From Chloroflexi bacterium RBG_16_72_14 (lineage in GTDB: Bacteria > Chloroflexota > Limnocylindria > Limnocylindrales > CSP1-4), in NCBI GenBank assembly GCA_001797035.1, contig MGOE01000133.1:69081-114304 (forward strand): a DNA stretch of 45,224 nt. Direction: 5' to 3'. The position numbers and the translations under genes are program-made. Position 1 is the first letter of the stretch. Each line of letters opens with the position of its first letter. The notes under the pieces were generated by a model. The model was not told where the DNA came from and did not search any database. It saw nothing but the letters and a program-made list of their open reading frames with translations. Shown piece by piece: positions 43,212 through 45,224 of the stretch.

Positions 43212-45224
43212 TTGGCCGTCCGCCTCCAGCTGAAGCTCGGCGCCGTTACGGAGCAGGATCGGCTCGCCGATTCGCCCGACACGGTCGTCGTGGTGGAGCC
43301 GTCGGTCGGGTCGGTGGCCCGCACCAAGGGCAACCTCTACCTGCTGGTGACGTCGCGGTTCCCCGGCAGCCGCGCGCGGGAGGCGACGCGCGTCGTCGCC
43401 GACACTGTCCGCAACGAGTACTACTACGACGAGTCCGCCGGCATCCGCCAGTGCCTGATCAAGTCGCTCGGCGTCGCCAACAAGCGGCTCTCCCACCAGC
43501 GCGACCGGTACGGCGTGGGGCACCAGCCGGACGGGGCGGGCCCGATCGGCGTCGCCGTGGCCGTCGTCCGGGGCCGCGAGCTGTACGTGGCGACGGTCGG
43601 ACCCGCCGAGGCCTACCTCATCCGCCAGGCTCGCCTGTCGACCCTCCCCGACCCGCACCGCGAGCGGGGGATGCCGGCCGACGGGCTCGAGCCCGAGGTC
43701 TGGCGGGGCGAGCTGTCGGTCGGGGACTCGCTGTGCCTGGTGGCTGCGAACGTGGTCGCCCGGATCGGCACCGATGCGCTGAAGGACGCGCTGGTCACGC
43801 TCCACCCGCAATCGGCCGTCGAGCACCTCCATGCCCGGTTCGTGGCCGCGGACGGCAAGGGCAGCGACGGCGCACTCGCATTCGAGGCCACCGAGGTCGG
43901 CGCCACGTACAAGGTCAAGTCGCTCGTCCCCGTGCGACCCGCGGAGCCCCTGGCCGGCGCCCCGGACCGCTCCCCGATCCCGCTGGCGGACTCCGTGACG
44001 GCCGGGGCGGCGGCGCTGGGCGCCGGTGCCACCAGGGCCCGCAGCGCCGCCGGGAGCGGCCTCCAGCGGGCCGTGTGGCGGCTCCAGGACCTGCTGCCGC
44101 GGCGCCGCCCGGGCGTCCGCCGCGTGACCGGCACGACGAGCCGCCTGGAGACCCAGCGGCGGGCCGCGGTTGCGATGCTCGCGTTCGTGGCCGTGGCAGC
44201 GACCCTCGGCCTCGGGGTGTACGCCTTCGGCGGGCAGAAGCAGCCGGGCGAGGCCGTGAAGTCGATCACCGTCGCCCAGCGCGCGTTCGAGGCCGCCGAG
44301 GCGGCGCTGGCCCAGGTCACCGGTCCCGGCATCGACCTCATCGAGGACGCCCCGGATCGCGCCCTGGGGCTGCTGCAGACGGCGTACCGGGAGCTCGAAA
44401 CGGCCGAGGAGGCCGGCTATCCGGTCGCGCAGATCCGGCCCCTCCGAGCGGAGACCCTGGCCGGGCTCGACCGGCTGTACGGCGTGGTACCGATCCGATC
44501 GACGACGCTGTTCACGTTCCCCGCCGACGCCGGCGACGTCTCGCTGGCCGCCCTGGTTCGCGGCTCCGACGGCGCGCCCTACGTGCTCGACACCGGCACC
44601 AAGACCGTCTGGCGGATCGACCGTGCGAAGCGGACCGCCTCGCCCGTCGCCCGATCCGGGCAGCGGGCGTCCGGGACCCGCGTCGCTGACCCGAAGTTCA
44701 TCGCGACGGGCGGCCCCGACGTCCTGATCCTCGACGCCAAGAACGTCCTATGGCGCTGGCGCCCGGCCAACGCCACCGGCAAGGGCACGCTGGTCCGGAT
44801 CCCGATCAAGGAATCGGCGTCCTGGGGCGACGACATCCGGGCCATCGCCACCTTCATCGCCAACTACGGCGCCGCGCTCTACAACCTCTACGTGGTGGAC
44901 CCGTCCGAGCAGAACATCATGGTCCTGGCCGCGGCCAACGACGGCTCCGGCTACCCGGTCAACCCCACCCGTCGCCTGCCCACGGACCGCCCGGTCGACG
45001 GCATCACCGACCTGCTCATCGACGGCGACATCTTCGTGGCCGAGGACGGCGCGGTCGCCCGCGTGATCCCGGCCAGCGGCTGGCAGGCGACGCTGCCCGG
45101 GGACACCCTCCTGCGCCCTGAATCGGAGTACGTGCTGCTGTCCTCGCCGGACAAGCCGGACGGCGAATCGAGCAAGCGAGCGGGCCCGCTGTATGCCTAC
45201 GACACCGTCAACCAGCGGATCGTC
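43212..45224 (+). CDS. partial (3'-open) membrane protein: degenerate PP2C-like domain, one TM, beta-propeller-like ectodomain
   Basis: My own translation, since the ORF is not in the track. TTG 43212 lies 7 nt after GGGGG and the frame is stop-free for 671 codons to the window end. PIGVAVAVVRGRELYVATVGPAEAYLIRQARL aligns to the PP2C pattern G.GTT..A....L.VA.VGDSR.YL.R. TM segment AAVAMLAFVAVAATLGLGVYAF. High GC3 throughout. Confidence 0.7.
   Translation, partial: MAVRLQLKLGAVTEQDRLADSPDTVVVVEPSVGSVARTKGNLYLLVTSRFPGSRAREATRVVADTVRNEYYYDESAGIRQCLIKSLGVANKRLSHQRDRYGVGHQPDGAGPIGVAVAVVRGRELYVATVGPAEAYLIRQARLSTLPDPHRERGMPADGLEPEVWRGELSVGDSLCLVAANVVARIGTDALKDALVTLHPQSAVEHLHARFVAADGKGSDGALAFEATEVGATYKVKSLVPVRPAEPLAGAPDRSPIPLADSVTAGAAALGAGATRARSAAGSGLQRAVWRLQDLLPRRRPGVRRVTGTTSRLETQRRAAVAMLAFVAVAATLGLGVYAFGGQKQPGEAVKSITVAQRAFEAAEAALAQVTGPGIDLIEDAPDRALGLLQTAYRELETAEEAGYPVAQIRPLRAETLAGLDRLYGVVPIRSTTLFTFPADAGDVSLAALVRGSDGAPYVLDTGTKTVWRIDRAKRTASPVARSGQRASGTRVADPKFIATGGPDVLILDAKNVLWRWRPANATGKGTLVRIPIKESASWGDDIRAIATFIANYGAALYNLYVVDPSEQNIMVLAAANDGSGYPVNPTRRLPTDRPVDGITDLLIDGDIFVAEDGAVARVIPASGWQATLPGDTLLRPESEYVLLSSPDKPDGESSKRAGPLYAYDTVNQRIV

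Noticed and set aside
43193-44689. 498-aa track ORF starting MSWGSHLGRPPP
   Set aside because: It is the wrong frame of the region and is Arg/Gly/Pro-rich. The neighbouring frame from TTG 43212 has protein-like composition, G/C-biased third positions and recognisable domain patterns.
1-45224. CRISPR arrays, IS elements or transposases, tRNA or rRNA genes, and toxin-antitoxin or known defence-system genes
   Set aside because: No regularly spaced repeats, terminal inverted repeats with a transposase ORF, cloverleaf-like sequences (other than the tmRNA tRNA-like domain) or recognisable defence-protein motifs were found on either strand.

Overview
Very GC-rich (about 70% or more by eye), actinobacterium-like chromosomal segment spanning the replication origin. 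No searches were run: all family names come from motifs read in the ORF translations, and all promoters, operators and RNA structures are read by eye.

Gene order, left to right:
- 1-6.7 kb: a Cys-rich small ORF, then the translation/division block prfB (with its programmed +1 frameshift), a GNAT, ftsE, ftsX, an S41 C-terminal protease and smpB.
- 6.7-14.3 kb: an accessory stretch that separates smpB from the tmRNA gene. It holds a proline-racemase-family protein, a lower-GC islet with a gene fragment, an accessory-less urease (fused ureAB plus ureC), a lipoprotein serpin, an SMI1/KNR4 (SUKH) protein and an unknown lipoprotein.
- 14.3-19.6 kb: ssrA (tmRNA), a glycolipid-binding-domain protein, an EamA-like remnant, TerC behind a yybP-ykoY-type Mn riboswitch, a divergent CPH-type (CopB-like) P-type ATPase and a YHS protein.
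- 19.6-31.5 kb: a tightly coupled purine-catabolism supercluster. It encodes guanine deaminase, a D-aminoacylase-like amidohydrolase, three xanthine dehydrogenase subunits, uricase and malate synthase. Divergent from it are a DUF3830-like protein with a hydantoinase/allantoinase-like enzyme, and HIU hydrolase with OHCU decarboxylase.
- 31.5-43.1 kb: a GNAT remnant, HAD, LysE, VanW, then the origin block jag-yidC-yidD-rnpA-rpmH <-> dnaA-[oriC]-dnaN-recF-dciA.
- 43.2 kb to the window end: an open-ended ORF absent from the supplied track, encoding a degenerate PP2C-like domain, a TM segment and a beta-propeller-like region, where gyrB would be expected.

No CRISPR array, transposase, integrase, tRNA or rRNA was seen. 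Most long ORFs in the track are wrong-frame or antisense artefacts of the high GC content.

Items most worth follow-up:
- the unassigned enzymes in the purine cluster;
- the pseudo-phosphatase membrane protein;
- the short ORF behind an unusually long Shine-Dalgarno sequence upstream of smpB;
- the Cys-rich ORF coupled to prfB;
- the orphan urease;
- the recurring TANNNT-N6-ATG leaderless gene starts.
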